Source: the human T2T-CHM13v2.0 reference genome, Homo sapiens. Taken from it: a stretch of 64,000 bases of DNA. Shown one piece after another: positions 26,801-41,800 of the stretch (the stretch's first letter is position 1; the number at the start of each line of letters is the position of its first letter). The notes below the pieces were generated by a model. That model was not told the DNA's origin and made no database searches. It saw only the letters and a program-made list of their open reading frames with translations. Where the stretch lies: NCBI RefSeq assembly GCF_009914755.1, contig NC_060946.1; one strand, 5' to 3'. Position numbers and translations under genes: made by a program.

Positions 26801-29800
26801 CAAATGTCCACTTCCAGATACTACAAAAAGAGTGTTTCAAACCTACTCTGTGAAAGCGAATATTCAACTCTGTGACTTGAATGCACATATCACAAAGAAG
26901 TTTCTGAGAATGCTTCTGTCGAGATTTTATATGAAGATATTCCCGTTTCCAACGAAATCCTGAAATCTATCCAAATATCCCCTCGCAGATTCTACAAAAA
27001 GAGTGTTTCAAAACTGCTCTGTAAAAAGAAAGGTTCAACTCTGTTAGTTGAGTACACACATCACAAACAAGTTTCACAGAATGCTTCTTTCTAGCTTGTA
27101 GGGGAAGATATTCCCTTTATCACCATGGGCCTCCAACCGTCCGAAACGTCCACTTCCATATACTACAAAAAGAGCGTTTCAAACCTGCTCTATGAAAGGC
27201 AATGTTCAACTCTGTGACTTGAATGCAGACATCACAGAGCAGTTTCTGAGAATGCTTCTGTCTAGATTTTATAGGAAGATATTCCCGTTTCCAACGAAAT
27301 CTTCACAGCTATCCAAATATCCACTTGCAGATTCTACAAAAAGAGTGTATCAAAACTGCTCTGTCAAAAGGAAGGTTCTTCTCTGTTAGGTGAGTGCATA
27401 CGTCATAAAGGAGTTTCTGAGAATGTTTCTGTCTAGTGGTTATGGGAAGATATTTGCTTTTTCACCGTAGGCCTCAGAGCGCTCCAAATATCCACTTGCA
27501 CATACTACAAAAAGAGTGCCTCAAAGCTGCTCTTTGAAACGGAATGTTCAACTCTATGAGTTGAATGCAAACATCACAAAGACGTTTCTGAGAATGCTTC
27601 TGTCTAGATTTGATATGAAGATATTCCCGTTTCCAACGAAATCTTCAAATCTATCCAAATGTCCACTTGCAGATTCAACAAAAAGTGTTTTTCAGAACTG
27701 CTCTATCAAAAGAAAGATCCACATCTGTTAGCTGAGTTCACACATCACAAACAAGTTTATGAGAATGCTTCTGTCTAGTTTTTATTTGAAGATATTTCCT
27801 TTCTCACCATAGACCTGAAAGCTGTCCTAATGTTCACTTCCAGATACTACAGAAAGAGTGTTTCAAAACTGCTGTATGAAAGGGAATGTTCAACTCTGTG
27901 ACTTGAATGCACACATCACAAAGAAGTTTCTGAGGATGCTGCTGTCTACTTTTTATATGTAATCCGGTTTCCAACGAAATCCTCCAAGCTATCCAAATAT
28001 CCACTTGCAGATTCCACAGAAAGACTGTTTCAAAACTGCTCTGTCAATAGAAAGGTTCAACTCTGTTAGCTGCGTGCATATATCCCAAAGAAGATTCTGA
28101 GATTGCTTCTGTCTAGTTTTTATGGGAAGATATTTCCCTTTTCACCGTAGGCGTCAAGGCGCTCCAAATGTCCACTTCCAGATACTACAAAAAGAGTGTT
28201 TCAAACCTACTCTGTGAAAGGGAATATTCAACTCTGTGACTTGAATGCACATATCACAAAGAAGTTTCTGAGAATGCTTCTGTCGAGATTTTATATGAAG
28301 ATATTCCCGTTTCCAACGAAATCCTGAAATCTATCCAAATATCCCCTCGCAGATTCTACAAAAAGAGTGTTTCAAAACTGCTCTGTAAAAAGAAAGGTTC
28401 AACTCTGTTAGTTGAGTACACACATCACAAACAAGTTTCACAGAATGCTTCTTTCTAGCTTGTAGGGGAAGATATTCCCTTTATCACCATGGGCCTCCAA
28501 CCGTCCGAAACGTCCACTTCCATATACTACAAAAAGAGCGTTTCAAACCTGCTCTAGGAAAGGCAATGTTCAACTCTGTGACTTGAATGCAGACATCACA
28601 GAGCAGTTTCTGAGAATGCTTCTGTCTAGATTTTATAGGAAGATATTCCCGTTTCCAACGAAATCTTCACAGCTATCCAAATATCCACTTGCAGATTCTA
28701 CAAAAAGAGTGTATCAAAACTGCTCTGTCAAAAGGAAGGTTCTTCTCTGTTAGGTGAGTGCATACGTCATAAAGGAGTTTCTGAGAATGTTTCTGTCTAG
28801 TGGTTATGGGAAGATATTTGCTTTTTCACCGTAGGCCTCAGAGCGCTCCAAATATCCACTTGCACATACTACAAAAAGAGTGCCTCAAAGCTGCTCTCTG
28901 AAACGGAATGTTCAACTCTATGAGTTGAATGCAAACATCACAAAGACGTTTCTGAGAATGCTTCTGTCTAGATTTGATATGAAGATATTCCCGTTTCCAA
29001 CGAAATCTTCAAATCTATCCAAATGTCCACTTGCAGATTCAACAAAAAGTGTTTTTCAGAACTGCTCTATCAAAAGAAAGATCCACCTCTGTTAGCTGAG
29101 TTCACACATCACAAACAAGTTTATGAGAATGCTTCTGTCTAGTTTTTATTTGAAGATATTTCCTTTCTCACCATAGACCTGAAAGCTGTCCTAATGTTCA
29201 CTTCCAGATACTACAGAAAGAGTGTTTCAAAACTGCTGTACGAAAGGGAATGTTCAACTCTGTGACTTGAATGCACACATCACAAAGAAGTTTCTGAGGA
29301 TGCTGCTGTCTACTTTTTATATGTAATCCCGTTTCCAACGAAATCCTCCAAGCTATCCAAATATCCACTTGCAGATTCCACAGAAAGACTGTTTCAAAAC
29401 TGCTCTGTCAATAGAAAGGTTCAACTCTGTTAGCTGCGTGCATATATCCCAAAGAAGATTCTGAGATTCCTTCTGTCTAGTTTTTATGGGAAGATATTTC
29501 CCTTTTCACCGTAGGCGTCAAGGCGCTCCAAATGTCCACTTCCAGATACTACAAAAAGAGTGTTTCAAACCTACTCTGTGAAAGGGAATATTCAACTCTG
29601 TGACTTGAATGCACATATCACAAAGAAGTTTCTGAGAATGCTTCTGTCGAGATTTTATATGAAGATATTCCCGTTTCCAACGAAATCCTGAAATCTATCC
29701 AAATATCCCCTCGCAGATTCTACAAAAAGAGTGTTTCAAAACTGCTCTGTAAAAAGAAAGGTTCAACTCTGTTAGTTGAGTACACACATCACAAACAAGT

Positions 29801-32800
29801 TTCACAGAATGCTTCTTTCTAGCTTGTAGGGGAAGATATTCCCTTTATCACCATGGTCCTCAAACCGTCCGAAACGTCCACTTCCATATACTACAAAAAG
29901 AGCGTTTCAAACCTGCTCTAGGAAAGGCAATGTTCAACTCTGTGACTTGAATGCAGACATCACAGAACAGTTTCTGAGAATGCTTCTGTCTAGATTTTAT
30001 AGGAAGATATTCCCGTTTCCAACGAAATCTTCACAGCTATCCAAATATCCACTTGCAGATTCTACAAAAAGAGTGTATCAAAACTGCTCTGTCAAAAGGA
30101 AGGTTCTTCTCTGTTAGGTGAGTGCATACGTCATAAAGGAGTTTCTGAGAATGTTTCTGTCTAGTGGTTATGGGAAGATATTTGCTTTTTCACCGTAGGC
30201 CTCAGAGCGCTCCAAATATCCACTTGCACATACTACAAAAAGAGTGCCTCAAAGCTGCTCTCTGAAACGGAATGTTCAACTCTATGAGTTGAATGCAAAC
30301 ATCACAAAGACGTTTCTGAGAATGCTTCTGTCTAGATTTGATATGAAGATATTCCCGTTTCCAACGAAATCTTCAAATCTATCCAAATGTCCACTTGCAG
30401 ATTCAACAAAAAGTGTTTTTCAGAACTGCTCTATCAAAAGAAAGATCCACCTCTGTTAGCTGAGTTCACACATCACAAACAAGTTTATGAGAATGCTTCT
30501 GTCTAGTTTTTATTTGAAGATATTTCCTTTCTCACCATAGACCTGAAAGCTGTCCTAATGTTCACTTCCAGATACTACAGAAAGAGTGTTTCAAAACTGC
30601 TGTACGAAAGGGAATGTTCAACTCTGTGACTTGAATGCACACATCACAAAGAAGTTTCTGAGGATGCTGCTGTCTACTTTTTATACGTAATCCCGTTTCC
30701 AACGAAATCCTCCAAGCTATCCAAATATCCACTTGCAGATTCCACAGAAAGACTGTTTCAAAACTGCTCTGTCAATAGAAAGGTTCAACTCTGTTAGCTG
30801 CGTGCATATATCCCAAAGAAGATTCTGAGATTGCTTCTGTCTAGTTTTTATGGGAAGATATTTCCCTTTTCACCGTAGGCGTCAAGGCGCTCCAAATGTC
30901 CACTTCCAGATACTACAAAAAGAGTGTTTCAAACCTACTCTGTGAAAGCGAATATTCAACTCTGTGACTTGAATGCACATATCACAAAGAAGTTTCTGAG
31001 AATGCTTCTGTCGAGATTTTATATGAAGATATTCCCGTTTCCAACGAAATCCTGAAATCTATCCAAATATCCCCTCGCAGATTCTACAAAAAGAGTGTTT
31101 CAAAACTGCTCTGTAAAAAGAAAGGTTCAACTCTGTTAGTTGAGTACACACATCACAAACAAGTTTCACAGAATGCTTCTTTCTAGCTTGTAGGGGAAGA
31201 TATTCCCTTTATCACCATGGGCCTCCAACCGTCCGAAACGTCCACTTCCATATACTACCAAAAGAGCGTTTCAAACCTGCTCTAGGAAAGGCAATGTTCA
31301 ACTCTGTGACTTGAATGCAGACATCACAGAGCAGTTTCTGAGAATGCTTCTGTCTAGATTTTATAGGAAGATATTCCCGTTTCCAACGAAATCTTCACAG
31401 CTATCCAAATATCCACTTGCAGATTCTACAAAAAGAGTGTATCAAAACTGCTCTGTCAAAAGGAAGGTTCTTCTCTGTTAGGTGAGTGCATACGTCATAA
31501 AGGAGTTTCTGAGAATGTTTCTGTCTAGTGGTTATGGGAAGATATTTGCTTTTTCACCGTAGGCCTCAGAGCGCTCCAAATATCCACTTGCACATACTAC
31601 AAAAAGAGTGCCTCAAAGCTGCTCTCTGAAACGGAATGTTCAACTCTATGAGTTGAATGCAAACATCACAAAGACGTTTCTGAGAATGCTTCTGTCTAGA
31701 TTTGATATGAAGATATTCCCGTTTCCAACGAAATCTTCAAATCTATCCAAATGTCCACTTGCAGATTCAACAAAAAGTGTTTTTCAGAACTGCTCTATCA
31801 AAAGAAAGATCCACCTCTGTTAGCTGAGTTCACACATCACAAACAAGTTTATGAGAATGCTTCTGTCTAGTTTTTATTTGAAGATATTTCCTTTCTCACC
31901 ATAGACCTGAAAGCTGTCCTAATGTTCACTTCCAGATACTACAGAAAGAGTGTTTCAAAACTGCTGTACGAAAGGGAATGTTCAACTCTGTGACTTGAAT
32001 GCACACATCACAAAGAAGTTTCTGAGGATGCTGCTGTCTACTTTTTATACGTAATCCCGTTTCCAACGAAATCCTCCAAGCTATCCAAATATCCACTTGC
32101 AGATTCCACAGAAAGACTGTTTCAAAACTGCTCTGTCAATAGAAAGGTTCAACTCTGTTAGCTGCGTGCATATATCCCAAAGAAGATTCTGAGATTGCTT
32201 CTGTCTAGTTTTTATGGGAAGATATTTCCCTTTTCACCGTAGGCGTCAAGGCGCTCCAAATGTCCACTTCCAGATACTACAAAAAGAGTGTTTCAAACCT
32301 ACTCTGTGAAAGGGAATATTCAACTCTGTGACTTGAATGCACATATCACAAAGAAGTTTCTGAGAATGCTTCTGTCGAGATTTTATATGAAGATATTCCC
32401 GTTTCCAACGAAATCCTGAAATCTATCCAAATATCCCCTCGCAGATTCTACAAAAAGAGTGTTTCAAAACTGCTCTGTAAAAAGAAAGGTTCAACTCTGT
32501 TAGTTGAGTACACACATCACAAACAAGTTTCACAGAATGCTTCTTTCTAGCTTGTAGGGGAAGATATTCCCTTTATCACCATGGGCCTCCAACCGTCCGA
32601 AACGTCCACTTCCATATACTACAAAAAGAGCGTTTCAAACCTGCTCTATGAAAGGCAATGTTCAACTCTGTGACTTGAATGCAGACATCACAGAGCAGTT
32701 TCTGAGAATGCTTCTGTCTAGATTTTATAGGAAGATATTCCCGTTTCCAACGAAATCTTCACAGCTATCCAAATATCCACTTGCAGATTCTACAAAAAGA

Positions 32801-35800
32801 GTGTATCAAAACTGCTCTGTCAAAAGGAAGGTTCTTCTCTGTTAGGTGAGTGCATACGTCATAAAGGAGTTTCTGAGAATGTTTCTGTCTAGTGGTTATG
32901 GGAAGATATTTGCTTTTTCACCGTAGGCCTCAGAGCGCTCCAAATATCCACTTGCACATACTACAAAAAGAGTGCCTCAAAGCTGCTCTTTGAAACGGAA
33001 TGTTCAACTCTATGAGTTGAATGCAAACATCACAAAGACGTTTCTGAGAATGCTTCTGTCTAGATTTGATATGAAGATATTCCCGTTTCCAACGAAATCT
33101 TCAAATCTATCCAAATGTCCACTTGCAGATTCAACAAAAAGTGTTTTTCAGAACTGCTCTATCAAAAGAAAGATCCACATCTGTTAGCTGAGTTCACACA
33201 TCACAAACAAGTTTATGAGAATGCTTCTGTCTAGTTTTTATTTGAAGATATTTCCTTTCTCACCATAGACCTGAAAGCTGTCCTAATGTTCACTTCCAGA
33301 TACTACAGAAAGCGTGTTTCAAAACTGCTGTATGAAAGGGAATGTTCAACTCTGTGACTTGAATGCACACATCACAAAGAAGTTTCTGAGGATGCTGCTG
33401 TCTACTTTTTATATGTAATCCGGTTTCCAACGAAATCCTCCAAGCTATCCAAATATCCACTTGCAGATTCCACAGAAAGACTGTTTCAAAACTGCTCTGT
33501 CAATAGAAAGGTTCAACTCTGTTAGCTGCGTGCATATATCCCAAAGAAGATTCTGAGATTGCTTCTGTCTAGTTTTTATGGGAAGATATTTCCCTTTTCA
33601 CCGTAGGCGTCAAGGCGCTCCAAATGTCCACTTCCAGATACTACAAAAAGAGTGTTTCAAACCTACTCTGTGAAAGGGAATATTCAACTCTGTGACTTGA
33701 ATGCACATATCACAAAGAAGTTTCTGAGAATGCTTCTGTCGAGATTTTATATGAAGATATTCCCGTTTCCAACGAAATCCTGAAATCTATCCAAATATCC
33801 CCTCGCAGATTCTACAAAAAGAGTGTTTCAAAACTGCTCTGTAAAAAGAAAGGTTCAACTCTGTTAGTTGAGTACACACATCACAAACAAGTTTCACAGA
33901 ATGCTTCTTTCTAGCTTGTAGGGGAAGATATTCCCTTTATCACCATGGGCCTCCAACCGTCCGAAACGTCCACTTCCATATACTACAAAAAGAGCGTTTC
34001 AAACCTGCTCTAGGAAAGGCAATGTTCAACTCTGTGACTTGAATGCAGACATCACAGAGCAGTTTCTGAGAATGCTTCTGTCTAGATTTTATAGGAAGAT
34101 ATTCCCGTTTCCAACGAAATCTTCACAGCTATCCAAATATCCACTTGCAGATTCTACAAAAAGAGTGTATCAAAACTGCTCTGTCAAAAGGAAGGTTCTT
34201 CTCTGTTAGGTGAGTGCATACGTCATAAAGGAGTTTCTGAGAATGTTTCTGTCTAGTGGTTATGGGAAGATATTTGCTTTTTCACCGTAGGCCTCAGAGC
34301 GCTCCAAATATCCACTTGCACATACTACAAAAAGAGTGCCTCAAAGCTGCTCTCTGAAACGGAATGTTCAACTCTATGAGTTGAATGCAAACATCACAAA
34401 GACGTTTCTGAGAATGCTTCTGTCTAGATTTGATATGAAGATATTCCCGTTTCCAACGAAATCTTCAAATCTATCCAAATGTCCACTTGCAGATTCAACA
34501 AAAAGTGTTTTTCAGAACTGCTCTATCAAAAGAAAGATCCACCTCTGTTAGCTGAGTTCACACATCACAAACAAGTTTATGAGAATGCTTCTGTCTAGTT
34601 TTTATTTGAAGATATTTCCTTTCTCACCATAGACCTGAAAGCTGTCCTAATGTTCACTTCCAGATACTACAGAAAGAGTGTTTCAAAACTGCTGTACGAA
34701 AGGGAATGTTCAACTCTGTGACTTGAATGCACACATCACAAAGAAGTTTCTGAGGATGCTGCTGTCTACTTTTTATACGTAATCCCGTTTCCAACGAAAT
34801 CCTCCAAGCTATCCAAATATCCACTTGCAGATTCCACAGAAAGACTGTTTCAAAACTGCTCTGTCAATAGAAAGGTTCAACTCTGTTAGCTGCGTGCATA
34901 TATCCCAAAGAAGATTCTGAGATTCCTTCTGTCTAGTTTTTATGGGAAGATATTTCCCTTTTCACCGTAGGCGTCAAGGCGCTCCAAATGTCCACTTCCA
35001 GATACTACAAAAAGAGTGTTTCAAACCTACTCTGTGAAAGGGAATATTCAACTCTGTGACTTGAATGCACATATCACAAAGACGTTTCTGAGAATGCTTC
35101 TGTCGAGATTTTATATGAAGATATTCCCGTTTCCAACGAAATCCTGAAATCTATCCAAATATCCCCTCGCAGATTCTACAAAAAGAGTGTTTCAAAACTG
35201 CTCTGTAAAAAGAAAGGTTCAACTCTGTTAGTTGAGTACACACATCACAAACAAGTTTCACAGAATGCTTCTTTCTAGCTTGTAGGGGAAGATATTCCCT
35301 TTATCACCATGGTCCTCAAACCGTCCGAAACGTCCACTTCCATATACTACAAAAAGAGCGTTTCAAACCTGCTCTAGGAAAGGCAATGTTCAACTCTGTG
35401 ACTTGAATGCAGACATCACAGAACAGTTTCTGAGAATGCTTCTGTCTAGATTTTATAGGAAGATATTCCCGTTTCCAACGAAATCTTCACAGCTATCCAA
35501 ATATCCACTTGCAGATTCTACAAAAAGAGTGTATCAAAACTGCTCTGTCAAAAGGAAGGTTCTTCTCTGTTAGGTGAGTGCATACGTCATAAAGGAGTTT
35601 CTGAGAATGTTTCTGTCTAGTGGTTATGGGAAGATATTTGCTTTTTCACCGTAGGCCTCAGAGCGCTCCAAATATCCACTTGCACATACTACAAAAAGAG
35701 TGCCTCAAAGCTGCTCTCTGAAACGGAATGTTCAACTCTATGAGTTGAATGCAAACATCACAAAGACGTTTCTGAGAATGCTTCTGTCTAGATTTGATAT

Positions 35801-38800
35801 GAAGATATTCCCGTTTCCAACGAAATCTTCAAATCTATCCAAATGTCCACTTGCAGATTCAACAAAAAGTGTTTTTCAGAACTGCTCTATCAAAAGAAAG
35901 ATCCACCTCTGTTAGCTGAGTTCACACATCACAAACAAGTTTATGAGAATGCTTCTGTCTAGTTTTTATTTGAAGATATTTCCTTTCTCACCATAGACCT
36001 GAAAGCTGTCCTAATGTTCACTTCCAGATACTACAGAAAGAGTGTTTCAAAACTGCTGTACGAAAGGGAATGTTCAACTCTGTGACTTGAATGCACACAT
36101 CACAAAGAAGTTTCTGAGGATGCTGCTGTCTACTTTTTATACGTAATCCCGTTTCCAACGAAATCCTCCAAGCTATCCAAATATCCACTTGCAGATTCCA
36201 CAGAAAGACTGTTTCAAAACTGCTCTGTCAATAGAAAGGTTCAACTCTGTTAGCTGCGTGCATATATCCCAAAGAAGATTCTGAGATTGCTTCTGTCTAG
36301 TTTTTATGGGAAGATATTTCCCTTTTCACCGTAGGCGTCAAGGCGCTCCAAATGTCCACTTCCAGATACTACAAAAAGAGTGTTTCAAACCTACTCTGTG
36401 AAAGCGAATATTCAACTCTGTGACTTGAATGCACATATCACAAAGAAGTTTCTGAGAATGCTTCTGTCGAGATTTTATATGAAGATATTCCCGTTTCCAA
36501 CGAAATCCTGAAATCTATCCAAATATCCCCTCGCAGATTCTACAAAAAGAGTGTTTCAAAACTGCTCTGTAAAAAGAAAGGTTCAACTCTGTTAGTTGAG
36601 TACACACATCACAAACAAGTTTCACAGAATGCTTCTTTCTAGCTTGTAGGGGAAGATATTCCCTTTATCACCATGGGCCTCCAACCGTCCGAAACGTCCA
36701 CTTCCATATACTACAAAAAGAGCGTTTCAAACCTGCTCTATGAAAGGCAATGTTCAACTCTGTGACTTGAATGCAGACATCACAGAGCAGTTTCTGAGAA
36801 TGCTTCTGTCTAGATTTTATAGGAAGATATTCCCGTTTCCAACGAAATCTTCACAGCTATCCAAATATCCACTTGCAGATTCTACAAAAAGAGTGTATCA
36901 AAACTGCTCTGTCAAAAGGAAGGTTCTTCTCTGTTAGGTGAGTGCATACGTCATAAAGGAGTTTCTGAGAATGTTTCTGTCTAGTGGTTATGGGAAGATA
37001 TTTGCTTTTTCACCGTAGGCCTCAGAGCGCTCCAAATATCCACTTGCACATACTACAAAAAGAGTGCCTCAAAGCTGCTCTTTGAAACGGAATGTTCAAC
37101 TCTATGAGTTGAATGCAAACATCACAAAGACGTTTCTGAGAATGCTTCTGTCTAGATTTGATATGAAGATATTCCCGTTTCCAACGAAATCTTCAAATCT
37201 ATCCAAATGTCCACTTGCAGATTCAACAAAAAGTGTTTTTCAGAACTGCTCTATCAAAAGAAAGATCCACATCTGTTAGCTGAGTTCACACATCACAAAC
37301 AAGTTTATGAGAATGCTTCTGTCTAGTTTTTATTTGAAGATATTTCCTTTCTCACCATAGACCTGAAAGCTGTCCTAATGTTCACTTCCAGATACTACAG
37401 AAAGAGTGTTTCAAAACTGCTGTATGAAAGGGAATGTTCAACTCTGTGACTTGAATGCACACATCACAAAGAAGTTTCTGAGGATGCTGCTGTCTACTTT
37501 TTATATGTAATCCGGTTTCCAACGAAATCCTCCAAGCTATCCAAATATCCACTTGCAGATTCCACAGAAAGACTGTTTCAAAACTGCTCTGTCAATAGAA
37601 AGGTTCAACTCTGTTAGCTGCGTGCATATATCCCAAAGAAGATTCTGAGATTGCTTCTGTCTAGTTTTTATGGGAAGATATTTCCCTTTTCACCGTAGGC
37701 GTCAAGGCGCTCCAAATGTCCACTTCCAGATACTACAAAAAGAGTGTTTCAAACCTACTCTGTGAAAGGGAACATTCAACTCTGTGACTTGAATGCACAT
37801 ATCACAAAGAAGTTTCTGAGAATGCTTCTGTCGAGATTTTATATGAAGATATTCCCGTTTCCAACGAAATCCTGAAATCTATCCAAATATCCCCTCGCAG
37901 ATTCTACAAAAAGAGTGTTTCAAAACTGCTCTGTAAAAAGAAAGGTTCAACTCTGTTAGTTGAGTACACACATCACAAACAAGTTTCACAGAATGCTTCT
38001 TTCTAGCTTGTAGGGGAAGATATTCCCTTTATCACCATGGGCCTCCAACCGTCCGAAACGTCCACTTCCATATACTACAAAAAGAGCGTTTCAAACCTGC
38101 TCTAGGAAAGGCAATGTTCAACTCTGTGACTTGAATGCAGACATCACAGAGCAGTTTCTGAGAATGCTTCTGTCTAGATTTTATAGGAAGATATTCCCGT
38201 TTCCAACGAAATCTTCACAGCTATCCAAATATCCACTTGCAGATTCTACAAAAAGAGTGTATCAAAACTGCTCTGTCAAAAGGAAGGTTCTTCTCTGTTA
38301 GGTGAGTGCATACGTCATAAAGGAGTTTCTGAGAATGTTTCTGTCTAGTGGTTATGGGAAGATATTTGCTTTTTCACCGTAGGCCTCAGAGCGCTCCAAA
38401 TATCCACTTGCACATACTACAAAAAGAGTGCCTCAAAGCTGCTCTCTGAAACGGAATGTTCAACTCTATGAGTTGAATGCAAACATCACAAAGACGTTTC
38501 TGAGAATGCTTCTGTCTAGATTTGATATGAAGATATTCCCGTTTCCAACGAAATCTTCAAATCTATCCAAATGTCCACTTGCAGATTCAACAAAAAGTGT
38601 TTTTCAGAACTGCTCTATCAAAAGAAAGATCCACCTCTGTTAGCTGAGTTCACACATCACAAACAAGTTTATGAGAATGCTTCTGTCTAGTTTTTATTTG
38701 AAGATATTTCCTTTCTCACCATAGACCTGAAAGCTGTCCTAATGTTCACTTCCAGATACTACAGAAAGAGTGTTTCAAAACTGCTGTACGAAAGGGAATG

Positions 38801-41800
38801 TTCAACTCTGTGACTTGAATGCACACATCACAAAGAAGTTTCTGAGGATGCTGCTGTCTACTTTTTATACGTAATCCCGTTTCCAACGAAATCCTCCAAG
38901 CTATCCAAATATCCACTTGCAGATTCCACAGAAAGACTGTTTCAAAACTGCTCTGTCAATAGAAAGGTTCAACTCTGTTAGCTGCGTGCATATATCCCAA
39001 AGAAGATTCTGAGATTCCTTCTGTCTAGTTTTTATGGGAAGATATTTCCCTTTTCACCGTAGGCGTCAAGGCGCTCCAAATGTCCACTTCCAGATACTAC
39101 AAAAAGAGTGTTTCAAACCTACTCTGTGAAAGGGAATATTCAACTCTGTGACTTGAATGCACATATCACAAAGAAGTTTCTGAGAATGCTTCTGTCGAGA
39201 TTTTATATGAAGATATTCCCGTTTCCAACGAAATCCTGAAATCTATCCAAATATCCCCTCGCAGATTCTACAAAAAGAGTGTTTCAAAACTGCTCTGTAA
39301 AAAGAAAGGTTCAACTCTGTTAGTTGAGTACACACATCACAAACAAGTTTCACAGAATGCTTCTTTCTAGCTTGTAGGGGAAGATATTCCCTTTATCACC
39401 ATGGTCCTCAAACCGTCCGAAACGTCCACTTCCATATACTACAAAAAGAGCGTTTCAAACCTGCTCTAGGAAAGGCAATGTTCAACTCTGTGACTTGAAT
39501 GCAGACATCACAGAACAGTTTCTGAGAATGCTTCTGTCTAGATTTTATAGGAAGATATTCCCGTTTCCAACGAAATCTTCACAGCTATCCAAATATCCAC
39601 TTGCAGATTCTACAAAAAGAGTGTATCAAAACTGCTCTGTCAAAAGGAAGGTTCTTCTCTGTTAGGTGAGTGCATACGTCATAAAGGAGTTTCTGAGAAT
39701 GTTTCTGTCTAGTGGTTATGGGAAGATATTTGCTTTTTCACCGTAGGCCTCAGAGCGCTCCAAATATCCACTTGCACATACTACAAAAAGAGTGCCTCAA
39801 AGCTGCTCTCTGAAACGGAATGTTCAACTCTATGAGTTGAATGCAAACATCACAAAGACGTTTCTGAGAATGCTTCTGTCTAGATTTGATATGAAGATAT
39901 TCCCGTTTCCAACGAAATCTTCAAATCTATCCAAATGTCCACTTGCAGATTCAACAAAAAGTGTTTTTCAGAACTGCTCTATCAAAAGAAAGATCCACCT
40001 CTGTTAGCTGAGTTCACACATCACAAACAAGTTTATGAGAATGCTTCTGTCTAGTTTTTATTTGAAGATATTTCCTTTCTCACCATAGACCTGAAAGCTG
40101 TCCTAATGTTCACTTCCAGATACTACAGAAAGAGTGTTTCAAAACTGCTGTACGAAAGGGAATGTTCAACTCTGTGACTTGAATGCACACATCACAAAGA
40201 AGTTTCTGAGGATGCTGCTGTCTACTTTTTATACGTAATCCCGTTTCCAACGAAATCCTCCAAGCTATCCAAATATCCACTTGCAGATTCCACAGAAAGA
40301 CTGTTTCAAAACTGCTCTGTCAATAGAAAGGTTCAACTCTGTTAGCTGCGTGCATATATCCCAAAGAAGATTCTGAGATTGCTTCTGTCTAGTTTTTATG
40401 GGAAGATATTTCCCTTTTCACCGTAGGCGTCAAGGCGCTCCAAATGTCCACTTCCAGATACTACAAAAAGAGTGTTTCAAACCTACTCTGTGAAAGCGAA
40501 TATTCAACTCTGTGACTTGAATGCACATATCACAAAGAAGTTTCTGAGAATGCTTCTGTCGAGATTTTATATGAAGATATTCCCGTTTCCAACGAAATCC
40601 TGAAATCTATCCAAATATCCCCTCGCAGATTCTACAAAAAGAGTGTTTCAAAACTGCTCTGTAAAAAGAAAGGTTCAACTCTGTTAGTTGAGTACACACA
40701 TCACAAACAAGTTTCACAGAATGCTTCTTTCTAGCTTGTAGGGGAAGATATTCCCTTTATCACCATGGGCCTCCAACCGTCCGAAACGTCCACTTCCATA
40801 TACTACCAAAAGAGCGTTTCAAACCTGCTCTAGGAAAGGCAATGTTCAACTCTGTGACTTGAATGCAGACATCACAGAGCAGTTTCTGAGAATGCTTCTG
40901 TCTAGATTTTATAGGAAGATATTCCCGTTTCCAACGAAATCTTCACAGCTATCCAAATATCCACTTGCAGATTCTACAAAAAGAGTGTATCAAAACTGCT
41001 CTGTCAAAAGGAAGGTTCTTCTCTGTTAGGTGAGTGCATACGTCATAAAGGAGTTTCTGAGAATGTTTCTGTCTAGTGGTTATGGGAAGATATTTGCTTT
41101 TTCACCGTAGTCCTCAGAGCGCTCCAAATATCCACTTGCACATACTACAAAAAGAGTGCCTCAAAGCTGCTCTCTGAAACGGAATGTTCAACTCTATGAG
41201 TTGAATGCAAACATCACAAAGACGTTTCTGAGAATGCTTCTGTCTAGATTTGATATGAAGATATTCCCGTTTCCAACGAAATCTTCAAATCTATCCAAAT
41301 GTCCACTTGCAGATTCAACAAAAAGTGTTTTTCAGAACTGCTCTATCAAAAGAAAGATCCACCTCTGTTAGCTGAGTTCACACATCACAAACAAGTTTAT
41401 GAGAATGCTTCTGTCTAGTTTTTATTTGAAGATATTTCCTTTCTCACCATAGACCTGAAAGCTGTCCTAATGTTCACTTCCAGATACTACAGAAAGAGTG
41501 TTTCAAAACTGCTGTACGAAAGGGAATGTTCAACTCTGTGACTTGAATGCACACATCACAAAGAAGTTTCTGAGGATGCTGCTGTCTACTTTTTATACGT
41601 AATCCCGTTTCCAACGAAATCCTCCAAGCTATCCAAATATCCACTTGCAGATTCCACAGAAAGACTGTTTCAAAACTGCTCTGTCAATAGAAAGGTTCAA
41701 CTCTGTTAGCTGCGTGCATATATCCCAAAGAAGATTCTGAGATTGCTTCTGTCTAGTTTTTATGGGAAGATATTTCCCTTTTCACCGTAGGCGTCAAGGC

